Of a stretch of 64,000 bases of DNA, positions 31,486-40,922 are shown piece by piece (position 1 is the first letter of the stretch; every line of letters starts with the position of its first letter). The notes below the pieces were generated by a model. The model was not told the origin of the DNA and did not search any database. It saw only the letters and a program-made list of their open reading frames with translations. The position numbers were made by a program, and so were the translations under genes. Source of the DNA: Dehalococcoidia bacterium (GTDB lineage Bacteria; Chloroflexota; Dehalococcoidia; Plut-88900). The DNA lies in NCBI GenBank assembly GCA_965197645.1, contig OZ240219.1, forward strand, positions 576,001 to 640,000, written 5' to 3'.

Positions 31486-32820
31486 ATGAGACAGACCGAG
31501 ACAGTATCATCAAGGCCGAAGCTGCTCCAGGCGATGATCGACGTCGCCGGCCAGCCGGACCTTCGCGCTAAGGTCCTGTTCACCTTGGCTATACTGGTAA
31601 TCTTCCGGTTCGTGGCCCACGTGCCGGTGCCCGGTGTGGACGCGGCCGGGCTCGATCGGTTCTTCCAAGGCAACCAGCTGGCGGGCCTGCTGGACCTCTT
31701 CAGTGGTGGAGCCCTGAGGAACCTCAGCATAGCCGCCATGGGGGTCTACCCCTATATCACCTCATCCATCATCATGCAGCTCCTGATACCCGTGATCCCC
31801 CAGCTGCAGCAGCTCTCTCGGGAGGGCGGTGAAGCAGGTAGGCAGCGGTTGAACCAGTTCACCCACTGGCTAACCGTGCCGATGGCCATGGCCCAGGGCT
31901 TCGGCCAGCTCACCTTGTTGGACCGAGCGGGGGTTCTGACCAGCGGGATCGGCCTGAGTGGCAGCGATCTGGGGCCGACCGTAGCCATGATCCTCTCGAT
32001 GACCGCCGGCACCATGTTCCTGGTCTGGCTTGGAGAACTGATAACGGAGCGGGGCATAGGAAACGGCATCTCGATTCTCATATTCGCCGGCATCGTCTCC
32101 GGGCTGCCCAGCCTGCTGGGGCAGAGCTTCCTCCAGAAGGGTAACCTGGGAGGGCTGGCGGTGTTCTTCGCCATAGCCCTGGCTACGATCTATTTCATCG
32201 TGATGTTCACCGAGGCCCAGCGACGAATCCCGGTGCAGTACGGACGGAGCACCTTCCGCAGCGGGCGGATGTACCGCCAGACCGGATCAACTCACATACC
32301 GCTGAGGGTCAACTCGGCGGGAATGATTCCCATTATCTTCGCCTTTTCTATAATGATCTTCCCCGGCCTGGTGGCCAGCTACTTCGTGACCAGCGATCTC
32401 GGATGGCTGGCCACGGGGGCCCGGCTCGTCAGAGATTTCTTCGATACGACGGGTGCGGTCTATTGGGTCATAACCTTCCTTCTCGTAGTCGCGTTCGCAT
32501 TCTTCTACGCACTGGTGGTGTTCCAGCAGCAGAACATAGCGGAAACGCTGCAGAGAAACGGTGGGTTCGTTCCCGGCATTCGGCCGGGCAAGCCCACACA
32601 GGACTACGTAACCCGGGTGCTGCTGCGCATAACCTGGGGCGGGGCGTTGTTCCTGGGAATAGTGGCAGTGATGCCCTTCTTCTCCAGCGGCCTCACCGGT
32701 GTCAAAGGACTGCAGCTCACCAGCACAGCCATGCTCATTGTCGTCGGCGTGGTGCTGGATACCATGAGACAGCTGGAGGCGCAGCTAACCATGCGCCGCT
32801 ACGAGGGCTTCATACGTTGA
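31486..32820 (+). CDS. secY: Preprotein translocase subunit SecY
   Basis: GIGNGIS, IPLRVNSAGMIP, PGIRPG. Confidence 0.99.
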   Translation: MRQTETVSSRPKLLQAMIDVAGQPDLRAKVLFTLAILVIFRFVAHVPVPGVDAAGLDRFFQGNQLAGLLDLFSGGALRNLSIAAMGVYPYITSSIIMQLLIPVIPQLQQLSREGGEAGRQRLNQFTHWLTVPMAMAQGFGQLTLLDRAGVLTSGIGLSGSDLGPTVAMILSMTAGTMFLVWLGELITERGIGNGISILIFAGIVSGLPSLLGQSFLQKGNLGGLAVFFAIALATIYFIVMFTEAQRRIPVQYGRSTFRSGRMYRQTGSTHIPLRVNSAGMIPIIFAFSIMIFPGLVASYFVTSDLGWLATGARLVRDFFDTTGAVYWVITFLLVVAFAFFYALVVFQQQNIAETLQRNGGFVPGIRPGKPTQDYVTRVLLRITWGGALFLGIVAVMPFFSSGLTGVKGLQLTSTAMLIVVGVVLDTMRQLEAQLTMRRYEGFIR

Positions 32821-32900
32821 TGAACCGATGGATATCAAAGGCGAGGGATTCGAGAGAACACCTTCCCTTTCCGGGGAGCCTGCATCGGAACCACGCCAAA

Positions 32901-33000
32901 AGGGAGTCCAGAGGGAAACTTCCCTCTGGCAGAGGGCTAGGGGGATGTGCCCCCTGCTACAAAACCGTCCGAGGGCGGGCGGTTGGGACAAAGACATCCG
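32901..33000 (+). repeat. Family C palindromic repeat inside the spc operon (secY-adk gap)
   Basis: GGGAGTCCAGAGGGAAACTTCCCTCTGGC...GGGGGATGTGCCCCC...AGGGCGGGCGG; close reverse complement of 15044-15143. Confidence 0.9.
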
Positions 33001-33032
33001 CCTTAACTGGATAAAATGCAAAAGGAACAGAG

Positions 33033-33692
33033 TTGTACTTGATACTGTTGGGCGCACCCGGCGCCGGTAAAGGCACCCAGGCGGATACCCTGTCCGGGGA
33101 GTTGGGCCTAGCCCACGTAGCCTCGGGCGATCTGTTCCGAGAGGCGCTGAAAAAGGGCACCCCACTGGGTCTCGAGGCGAAAGGGTACATGGACAAGGGT
33201 GAGCTGGTCCCGGACGGGCTTACCGTTAAGATGGTGCTGGAGCGATTGGAGAAGCCCGATGCCGCCGAGGGTGTCATCCTCGATGGCTTCCCCCGCACCC
33301 AGGCGCAGGCTGTGGCCCTGGACGAGGCGCTGGAGAGCAGCAACCGGGGCATCGACTCAGTGCTGTACATCAAAGTCTCCGACGAGGAGCTGGTAAAGAG
33401 GCTGAGCGGTCGCTGGATATGCAGGAGCTGCCAGACCCCCTACCACACCGTCAACTTGCCTCCCAGGACCGTGGGGGTCTGCGACCGGTGTGGCGGCGAG
33501 CTGTACCAGCGCTCCGACGACACCGAGGAGACCGTCCGGAACAGGCTTCAGGTCTTCATGGAGAACACAGCGCCCCTTATTGACTATTATGTCAATCGTA
33601 ATAAACTGGTAGAGGTTAAAGGTGAGCAGGAGATAGAGGCCGTGGGCCGGGAGATGATCGACGCCCTCAAGTCTCGAGTCCCCCAGAGCTAA
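33033..33692 (+). CDS. adk: Adenylate kinase (Cys-containing LID)
   Basis: GAPGAGKGT, LDGFPR, CRSC...CDRC. Confidence 0.98.
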   Translation: MYLILLGAPGAGKGTQADTLSGELGLAHVASGDLFREALKKGTPLGLEAKGYMDKGELVPDGLTVKMVLERLEKPDAAEGVILDGFPRTQAQAVALDEALESSNRGIDSVLYIKVSDEELVKRLSGRWICRSCQTPYHTVNLPPRTVGVCDRCGGELYQRSDDTEETVRNRLQVFMENTAPLIDYYVNRNKLVEVKGEQEIEAVGREMIDALKSRVPQS

Positions 33693-33697
33693 GGTCA

Positions 33698-34510
33698 ATG
33701 GGCAACCTATTCAACAGAGACTCGTCGGAAGCACCGGGCAGACCTTCGGTGACCATCGAAGAAGGTATGGTGGTCAAGTCAGCCCGAGAGTTGGACGTGA
33801 TGCGTCGGGCGGGCCGGGTTGTAGCCAAGACCCTCGCACTTCTCCAGGAGAGTATAAAGGCGGGAATGACCACAGCCGACCTGGACACTATCGCCGAGGA
33901 CTCTATCCGAGGTCAGGGCGCCATACCCTCCTTCATAGGGTACCGGGGCTTTCCAGCCTCGGTGTGCGTCTCCATCAACGAAGAGATAGTCCACGGCATC
34001 CCGGGAAGCCGGGTGATAGAGAACGGCGACGTGGTTGGGATGGACGTGGGCGCCATCGTAGATGGCTATCACGGCGATGCGGCGGTAACGGTGGGAGTTG
34101 GAGATATCACCCCCGAGGCCCGGAAGCTGATCGGCACAACCCGGGACGCTCTCAACATGGGCATAGCGGCGGCCAAAGTCGGTGCCCGGCTGGGAGACGT
34201 GGGCGCCGCGGTGCAACAAACGGCCGAGGCTGGAGGCTACTCGGTAGTCCGAGAGTATGTTGGTCACGGCATCGGGCGGAGAATGCACGAAGAGCCGGCG
34301 GTGCCCAACTACGGCAAGCGGGGAAGAGGGATACTCCTGCAGCCCGGAATGGCCCTCGCCATCGAGCCGATGCTGAACATCGGCGGGTGGAAGACGAGGC
34401 TGCTGGACGACGACTGGACTGTCGTAACCGAGGACGGCAGCCTTTCCGCCCACTTCGAGCACAGCATGGCAGTTACAGAATCGGGCCCGGAGATACTGAC
34501 CCAGCTTTGA
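33698..34510 (+). CDS. map: Methionine aminopeptidase type I
   Basis: VHGIPG, GHGIG, AIEPM, SAHFEH. Confidence 0.98.
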   Translation: MGNLFNRDSSEAPGRPSVTIEEGMVVKSARELDVMRRAGRVVAKTLALLQESIKAGMTTADLDTIAEDSIRGQGAIPSFIGYRGFPASVCVSINEEIVHGIPGSRVIENGDVVGMDVGAIVDGYHGDAAVTVGVGDITPEARKLIGTTRDALNMGIAAAKVGARLGDVGAAVQQTAEAGGYSVVREYVGHGIGRRMHEEPAVPNYGKRGRGILLQPGMALAIEPMLNIGGWKTRLLDDDWTVVTEDGSLSAHFEHSMAVTESGPEILTQL

Positions 34511-34560
34511 CGGAGGTCTCTAGCCGAGCAAAGGCGCCCAAGCCAAACAAAGGTAGTTAA

Positions 34561-34794
34561 ATGACACAGGAAAAGACGGGCAAGAAGGATACGATCGAGG
34601 TCGAGGGCACCATCGTGGAGACGTTGCCCAACGGGATGTTCCGGGTGGAGCTGGCCAACGAACACAGGGTGCTGGCCCACATATCGGGAAAGATGCGCAT
34701 CCACTTCATACGCATCCTTCTCGGGGATAAGGTGCTGGTGGAGCTCTCTCCCTACGACCTCACCCGGGGCCGTATCACCTATAGATTCAAGTAG
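34561..34794 (+). CDS. infA: Translation initiation factor IF-1
   Basis: [20 protein letters not shown]. Confidence 0.99.
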   Translation: MTQEKTGKKDTIEVEGTIVETLPNGMFRVELANEHRVLAHISGKMRIHFIRILLGDKVLVELSPYDLTRGRITYRFK

Positions 34795-34801
34795 GACCGC
34801 A

Positions 34802-34915
34802 ATGAAAGTCAGAGCATCAGTAAAAAAGCTTTGTGATAGGTGCAAGATAGTTCGCAGGCACGGAATAGTCCGAGTGATCTGTCAGAATCCCAAACATAAG
34901 CAGCGGCAGGGATAG
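34802..34915 (+). CDS. rpmJ: 50S ribosomal protein L36 (absent from the ORF track)
   Basis: Manual translation [37 protein letters not shown]. Confidence 0.98.
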   Translation: MKVRASVKKLCDRCKIVRRHGIVRVICQNPKHKQRQG

Positions 34916-34960
34916 TGTGTTGGCAGCGACGGGAACAGCAGGCGGGCGATAGGAGGTATC

Positions 34961-35344
34961 ATGCCTAGAGTAGCCGGCGTCGACATTTCCGGAGACAAGA
35001 AGATAGACATCGCGCTTTGTTCCATATACGGGATCGGGTCGACCATAGCCCTAAAAGTGGCGACGGACGCGGGCATCGACCCCGAATTGAAGGTGCGGGA
35101 CCTCTCCGAGGAGGAGCTCAACAAGGTCCGCGAGATCATCGATAGGGAGTTCATGGTCGAAGGCGACTTGCGCCGCCAAGTGCAGCAGAACATCAGGCGT
35201 CTCGTAGACGAGAACACCTATCGGGGCTTGCGTCATCGCCGAGGCCTGCCCGTGAGGGGTCAACGGACCAAGACCAACGCCAGGACCAAACGGGGCGCCA
35301 GAAAGACCGTCGCCGGACGCAGGCAGGTCAGAGCCAAGAAGTAG
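34961..35344 (+). CDS. rpsM: 30S ribosomal protein S13
   Basis: [19 protein letters not shown]. Confidence 0.99.
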   Translation: MPRVAGVDISGDKKIDIALCSIYGIGSTIALKVATDAGIDPELKVRDLSEEELNKVREIIDREFMVEGDLRRQVQQNIRRLVDENTYRGLRHRRGLPVRGQRTKTNARTKRGARKTVAGRRQVRAKK

Positions 35345-35373
35345 TCTGTATAACAATAATTAGAGGTTGTTTG

Positions 35374-35760
35374 ATGGCTGAGAAAAAGGGACGCAAGAAA
35401 CGAGAGAAGAAGTTCATTCCCCAAGGACGAGCTTACATACAGTCGTCCTTCAATAACACCAAGATCACCTTGACCGATCCTAACGGAAACGTCATAGCTT
35501 GGGGCAGCTCGGGAACCATGGGGTTCAGGGGTTCCCGTAAGGGGACCGCCTTCGCAGCCCAGAGGGCCGCGGAACAGACGGCTCGCAAGGGCATGGACCA
35601 CGGTCTAAGACAGGTGGAGGTGTTCGTCAAAGGGCCGGGCAGCGGCAGGGAGGCGGCTATCCGCACCCTGCAGGCATCGGGCCTCAACATAGTCAGCATA
35701 CGGGATGTAACGCCCATTCCCCACAATGGGTGCCGACCTCCCAAGAAACGCAGAATCTAG
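35374..35760 (+). CDS. rpsK: 30S ribosomal protein S11
   Basis: [18 protein letters not shown]. Confidence 0.99.
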   Translation: MAEKKGRKKREKKFIPQGRAYIQSSFNNTKITLTDPNGNVIAWGSSGTMGFRGSRKGTAFAAQRAAEQTARKGMDHGLRQVEVFVKGPGSGREAAIRTLQASGLNIVSIRDVTPIPHNGCRPPKKRRI

Positions 35761-35775
35761 CTTTCGGAGGAGAGA

Positions 35776-36402
35776 TTGGCACGTTACACAGGTCCGGTTT
35801 GCAGGCTATGCAGGCGCCAAGGAGAAAAGCTTTTCCTAAAGGGCGATAGATGCCTCACGCCCAAGTGCGCCATCGAAGGTAGGGCCGGTCCTCCGGGGCC
35901 CAGGGGCACTCGCAGGCGAAGGGTGTCCGAACGGGGCGTACAGCTTCGGGAGAAGCAGAAAGTCAAGCACATGTACGGCCTCATGGAGAAGCAGCTGTCA
36001 AGACACTTCGATCAGGCGAGGGAGATGACGGGCGTTACCGGCGATAACTTCCTCCAGATCCTGGAAAGACGGTTGGACAACGTGGTCTTCAGGCTCGGCT
36101 TCGCCAACTCCAGGCCCCAGGCCCGGCAGATAGTCAGGCACGGCCACTTGATGGTCAACAATCGTCCCACGGACATCCCCTCCTTCATCACATCGGAGGG
36201 GGACCAGGTAAGCTGGACCGAATCAGGAAAGAAGACCGAGTATTTCAAGATGGTGACCGAAGACATACGCGGCAGACCAGTCCCCGAGTGGCTGAGTCTG
36301 AACATCAACTCCATGGAAGGCCGGGTCGTAACCAAACCCTCTCGGGACCTGGTGGGCACCAGGGTCGAGGACCGGCTCATCATTGAGTACTACTCCCGCT
36401 AA
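35776..36402 (+). CDS. rpsD: 30S ribosomal protein S4
   Basis: MARYTGPVCRLCRR, LERRLDN, IEYYSR. Confidence 0.99.
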   Translation: MARYTGPVCRLCRRQGEKLFLKGDRCLTPKCAIEGRAGPPGPRGTRRRRVSERGVQLREKQKVKHMYGLMEKQLSRHFDQAREMTGVTGDNFLQILERRLDNVVFRLGFANSRPQARQIVRHGHLMVNNRPTDIPSFITSEGDQVSWTESGKKTEYFKMVTEDIRGRPVPEWLSLNINSMEGRVVTKPSRDLVGTRVEDRLIIEYYSR

Positions 36403-36414
36403 GGAGGCAATGCT

Positions 36415-37467
36415 TTGGACGGCATTGTAAAACCAGCAATAGAAACCCTGGAGTCTGACGACTCCTACGGCAAGTTCAGCATCGAGCCCCTGGAGCGGGG
36501 CCTGGGCGTAACCCTGGGCAACTCCATGAGGCGAGTTCTACTGAGCTCCATCAGCGGCGCCGCCGTTACCTGGGTCAAGATAGACGGCGTTCAGCACGAA
36601 TACTCCACTATCCCCTACATCATCGAGGACGTTACCGAGTTCCTGCTCAACGTGAAGGGAGTTCGGCTCCGAAGCAACACCGAGGACCCGGGGAAGCTGG
36701 TCCTGGACGTTCAGGGACAGGGAGAGGTCTGCGCCGGTGACATCAACGCCTCGGCGGAATACGAGGTGGCCAACCCAGAGACCCATCTGGCTACGATAGA
36801 TTCGGATGACGGCCGGCTCTCGGTGGAGTTCAACGTGGAGCGGGGCCAAGGTTTCATTCCGGCCAACAACGCCAACGGCTTGCCCATAGGCGCCCTGCCC
36901 GTGGACGCTATCTTCACACCCGTTCGAAAAGTGAACTACGAGATAGAGCACGTCAGGGTCGGGCAGGCCATCGACAAGGAGCGCCTGGTGCTGGAGGTAT
37001 GGTCCGACGGTACCATCTCGCCCCTGGACGCGATCCGGGAGGCGGGAGAGGCCCTGGTGGACTATTTCTTCCTGTTCGCCAACGTGGACAAGGTGTTGGA
37101 GCAGGGCCGGGAGAAGCGGCCGTTGGCCCTCACCATCCCGCCCGACCAGTACAACATGCCCATCGAGAACATGGGGCTGTCGGCTCGCACGCTAAACTGT
37201 CTAAAGCGGGCGAACATCAACAGGGTGGGCGAGGTGCTGGAGACCAGCCAGGAGGAGCTGCTCGCCATCCGTAACTTCGGTGAGAAGTCCCTCTCAGAGC
37301 TCGACGAGGCCCTGGACGCCAAGGGCCTGTTGGCCGCTCCAAAGGCCGAGGAAGAGGCGGAACCAGAGGAGGAGCAGGACGAGACCGTATCCGAAGGCGA
37401 AGAGGAGACGGCCGAGCAGCCGGAGGAACAGGAGCAGCCCCCCCAGGAAGAAGAGGACAAGGAGTAG
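36415..37467 (+). CDS. rpoA: RNA polymerase alpha subunit with acidic tail
   Basis: EPLERG, LGNSMRRVLLS, DAIFTPV, NFGEKS. Confidence 0.99.
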   Translation: MDGIVKPAIETLESDDSYGKFSIEPLERGLGVTLGNSMRRVLLSSISGAAVTWVKIDGVQHEYSTIPYIIEDVTEFLLNVKGVRLRSNTEDPGKLVLDVQGQGEVCAGDINASAEYEVANPETHLATIDSDDGRLSVEFNVERGQGFIPANNANGLPIGALPVDAIFTPVRKVNYEIEHVRVGQAIDKERLVLEVWSDGTISPLDAIREAGEALVDYFFLFANVDKVLEQGREKRPLALTIPPDQYNMPIENMGLSARTLNCLKRANINRVGEVLETSQEELLAIRNFGEKSLSELDEALDAKGLLAAPKAEEEAEPEEEQDETVSEGEEETAEQPEEQEQPPQEEEDKE

Positions 37468-37533
37468 GGCGGGCCAGGCGTCGGCCACACCGAGTTTCAG
37501 AGCCTATCAGGTTGAATTTCAGGCATTGGAATC

Positions 37534-37887
37534 ATGAGACACAGAAAATCCGGCAGGACCCTGGGAAGGCCAACGGGCCACAGGATAGCTATGTACCGCA
37601 ACCTGGTCACCGACCTGCTGCGCAACGGGCATCTGGCCACCACCGAGGCAAAAGCCAAGGAGGTGCGCAGCATGGCCGAGAAGATCATCACGCTGGGTAG
37701 AAAGAAGAGCCTCCACGCCCGGCGTCAGGCCCTGTCCTTCGTACCCGATAAGAAGGTGGTGTCCAAGGTCTTCAGCGAGCTATCGGAGAGGTACGCCGAG
37801 CGGCCCGGCGGATACACCCGGACCATCAAGCTGGGCCCCCGCATGGGCGATTCCGCACCGATGGTCCGCCTGGAGCTCCTGCAGTAG
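37534..37887 (+). CDS. rplQ: 50S ribosomal protein L17
   Basis: MRHRK, RPGGYTR. Confidence 0.99.
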   Translation: MRHRKSGRTLGRPTGHRIAMYRNLVTDLLRNGHLATTEAKAKEVRSMAEKIITLGRKKSLHARRQALSFVPDKKVVSKVFSELSERYAERPGGYTRTIKLGPRMGDSAPMVRLELLQ

Positions 37888-37919
37888 GTACAGTCCAGTA
37901 GAACTTTAACAACGTAAAT

Positions 37920-38726
37920 ATGGTTGATCGGGATGCGCGTCGGTTGGCCCTGTTGGTCGAGTACGATGGCACTCAGTACCGGGGATTCCAGCTCCAGCCC
38001 AACGGTCCCACCATTCAGGGCGAGTTGGAGACGGCCATCGAAAAGGTGACCGGCGAAACGAGACGGGTGGCAGGCGCCAGTCGCACCGACTCGGGGGTAC
38101 ACGCCGAAGGGCAGGTGGTCAGCTTTACCACCGGGTCCAACTTGTCGGCTGGTACCTTCGTCGAGGCGCTGAACTACTATCTACCCTCGGATATCGCCGT
38201 TCAGAAGGCCCTGGCGGTGCCCAGCGAATTCGATGTCCGGCGTCGAGCCGCCAGCCGGGAGTATCGATACTCGATATTGAACCGTCGTCCGCCTTCGCCC
38301 CTGAGAGGCCGCTTCCACCATCGGATCGGAGATCCGTTGGACGTGGATGCGATGAACACCGCCGCCAGGCTCTTGATAGGCGTGCGGGACTTCGCCTCCT
38401 TTACGGCGCCTCAGAGGTCCAAGGAGGGGAGCACGGTCCGACAGGTGATAGAAGCGGGAGTGACCAAGGAAGGAGAGCTTGTGCTCCTCGATATCGAAGC
38501 CAACGCTTATCTGTACCAGCAGATCCGTAGAACGGCGGGGACGCTGGTAAGTGTGGGACTGGGGAAATCAAGCATCGACCAGTTCGAGGAGTTGCTCAAA
38601 AAACCCAGTCCGGGCGCCGCAGGACCTACGCTACCGGCCAAAGGCCTGCGCCTGAAGAGGGTCAACTACCCCGATACCATAGCAGTGAAACCCGGTGCAA
38701 CCAGAGCAATCGTATCAAGAACCTAG
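37920..38726 (+). CDS. truA: tRNA pseudouridine(38-40) synthase
   Basis: YDGT..GFQ, SRTDSGVHA. Confidence 0.97.
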   Translation: MVDRDARRLALLVEYDGTQYRGFQLQPNGPTIQGELETAIEKVTGETRRVAGASRTDSGVHAEGQVVSFTTGSNLSAGTFVEALNYYLPSDIAVQKALAVPSEFDVRRRAASREYRYSILNRRPPSPLRGRFHHRIGDPLDVDAMNTAARLLIGVRDFASFTAPQRSKEGSTVRQVIEAGVTKEGELVLLDIEANAYLYQQIRRTAGTLVSVGLGKSSIDQFEELLKKPSPGAAGPTLPAKGLRLKRVNYPDTIAVKPGATRAIVSRT

Positions 38727-38742
38727 CGATCGAAGACTGAAA

Positions 38743-39687
38743 ATGAGAACGAAAACATACAGTCCGAAAGCGGCCGACCTGAGGCCTCAGTGGCACGTCA
38801 TAGACGCCTCCAGCGAGCCTTTGGGACGGCTCGCGTCCCGGATCGCCCAGATCCTCAAGGGCAAGAACACGCCGCTGTACAGTCCGCACATGAACACCGG
38901 CGATTTCGTCATCGTGACCAACACCAAGCAGGTCGTGGTCACAGGGCGGAAGAAAGAGAAGAAGGTCTACTACCGGCACACCCAGTACCCGGGCGGGTTG
39001 CGGGAGACCAGCCTGGCTCGAATGTCGGAGCAGCATCCCAACCGGGTGGTTTTCAAGGCGGTCAAGGGGATGCTCCCTCACAACCGTCTCGGCCGGGCGA
39101 TGCTGCGGCGACTAAAGCTGTATTCGGATGCAGAGCATCCCCACGAGGCCCAGGTCAGCGCCAGCATCAAGGCGGCGGAGAAGGCAGAGGCCGAAGGCCC
39201 GGTCTACATCGGGCTGCCCAAACCGGTAATCCGTCGCAAACCGAAGAAGAAGAGAGCCAAAGCCCCAGCAGTCGAAGCCGCGGCCGAGACCGCTGTGGCG
39301 GTCCCTGAAGGCGAGGAGACGCCGACGGCAGAGATGGCCGCAGAAGCAGCAACCGGTGAAGTGGTCTCCGAGCCGGCGGTCGAAGAGGCCCCGGCCGAAG
39401 ATGCAGAGGCGGCTGCAGCGCCCGTCGACGAAGCTCCGGGACCCGTCGAGGAAGAGGGACAGGAATCGCCTGCGGCCGACGAAGCCCCATCTGACGCGGC
39501 AGAGCCGATGGCCGAGCCTGAGCCGGCGGAAGAACCCGCGGAAGCCGCCGTTGTGGAGCAGCCCGAAGCCACCGCGGACGAAGCTCCGGTAGCTGAAGAG
39601 CAAGCCATCGAGGAGCCTGAGCCGGAGTCGGCGGCAGAAGAACAAGAGAAAGCATCGGAGACCGAGGACAAGAAGGAGCCCGGGTAA
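38743..39687 (+). CDS. rplM: 50S ribosomal protein L13 with very long acidic C-terminal extension
   Basis: LGRLAS, DFVIV, YPGGL, AVKGMLP, HPHEAQ, then ~175 extra residues. Confidence 0.95.
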   Translation: MRTKTYSPKAADLRPQWHVIDASSEPLGRLASRIAQILKGKNTPLYSPHMNTGDFVIVTNTKQVVVTGRKKEKKVYYRHTQYPGGLRETSLARMSEQHPNRVVFKAVKGMLPHNRLGRAMLRRLKLYSDAEHPHEAQVSASIKAAEKAEAEGPVYIGLPKPVIRRKPKKKRAKAPAVEAAAETAVAVPEGEETPTAEMAAEAATGEVVSEPAVEEAPAEDAEAAAAPVDEAPGPVEEEGQESPAADEAPSDAAEPMAEPEPAEEPAEAAVVEQPEATADEAPVAEEQAIEEPEPESAAEEQEKASETEDKKEPG

Positions 39688-39710
39688 TACTGAGCGGAGG
39701 ACGGTGATCA

Positions 39711-40112
39711 TTGACTACCACTGAGCAGCGATATTTCTACGCAACGGGAAAACGGAAAAGGGCCATCGCCAGGGTACGGTTGTTCCCGGGCAGTGGCGCC
39801 CTAGTGGTCAACGGCAAGCCTCTACAGGAGGCATTTGCGGGCACCACCCTTCAGGACATCATTCTCGAGCCTCTCCGTGTCACCCAGCTCCAGGACAACT
39901 ACAACGCCAGCATCAAGGTGTTGGGCGGCGGGTTTGCGGGCCAGGCCCACGCAATTCGCCTGGGCATAGCAAGGGCCTTGCTGGTAGCCAATGAGGAGCT
40001 GAGACCCGTTCTCAGGAAAGCGGGCCTCCTCACCCGAGATTCCCGGATCAAAGAGCGCAAGAAGTACGGCCTCAAGAGGGCTCGGAAAGCGCCTCAGTAC
40101 ACCAAGCGCTAG
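39711..40112 (+). CDS. rpsI: 30S ribosomal protein S9
   Basis: ERKKYG, APQYTKR. Confidence 0.99.
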   Translation: MTTTEQRYFYATGKRKRAIARVRLFPGSGALVVNGKPLQEAFAGTTLQDIILEPLRVTQLQDNYNASIKVLGGGFAGQAHAIRLGIARALLVANEELRPVLRKAGLLTRDSRIKERKKYGLKRARKAPQYTKR

Positions 40113-40124
40113 TCAGCAGACAGT

Positions 40125-40460
40125 AACGACGCCTTCCGTCATCGCGAGCCCCGACAAAGTCGGGGTGTGGCAGTCTAGCCAGGGCGGTTAGACCCACCTC
40201 TTAAGTGGGTTAAGCTTGGTTTCAAGTGAGTTGGGCTTGTGTTGTTGGAAGGAATCCCCACCTCAGGTGGTTCTTCCCTCCCACCCGCCCCGGATCGCAT
40301 CCGGCGGCGCCCCTCCCCTAAACTGCCGACGGCAAGTCGACAGAACAAGGGGTGTGCAGGGGGGCGAACTCCTTTCGGGAGTCTGAGCGTGCTCCTCAGA
40401 AACTACCTCCTTTTGCCCATTCCTGGCCGGGAAGAGGGCCAGGGGGAACGTCGCGTGAAA
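40125..40460. repeat. Composite repeat cluster: family A (40125-40180), partial C (40263-40290), B (40349-40460)
   Basis: Direct similarity to the other copies; the CCCCGGATCGCAT linker is shared with ~1518. Confidence 0.85.
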
Positions 40461-40474
40461 GAGATGTCCGGCGC

Positions 40475-40885
40475 TTATCGGAAATTGTTGGCCAGAGCGT
40501 TCAGGGCGGCCTGGCAGACGTCCAGGTCCTGCTGATCCGACGCCCCGGCAGCGCCTATGCCCCCAACCACCTCTCCACCTATCGTAATGGGCAGCAGACC
40601 ATCGGCCGGCACCAGCCTGCCCTGCATGCGGGTCACCATGCTCTGGAACCAGGGCTCGGAGGCAAAGGGCATCACCTCCTGGCCGGGCGCCTTGAACATA
40701 GCGGCGGTGAAGGCCATGTCCTCGGCTATTTTCAGGTTGAGAGGGCCCGAATCGTCCATGCGAGACCCCGTTATGAGAAACCCTCCGCTGTCCACCACGG
40801 CCACGCTCAGAATGCAACCCATATCTGTAGCCTTGGCCTTGGCTGCCTGGACCATCTTCTCAGCCACGTCAAGCGTAAGCGACAT
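40475..40885 (-). CDS. GlcG/HbpS family heme-binding protein
   Basis: VAVVDSGG, RMD, VVGGIGAAG...QD; AAGGAG RBS. Confidence 0.85.
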   Translation of the reverse strand: MSLTLDVAEKMVQAAKAKATDMGCILSVAVVDSGGFLITGSRMDDSGPLNLKIAEDMAFTAAMFKAPGQEVMPFASEPWFQSMVTRMQGRLVPADGLLPITIGGEVVGGIGAAGASDQQDLDVCQAALNALANNFR

Positions 40886-40922
40886 GTTCTCTCCTTCTGA
40901 CACTCTGTACGACCGGCTGCTT

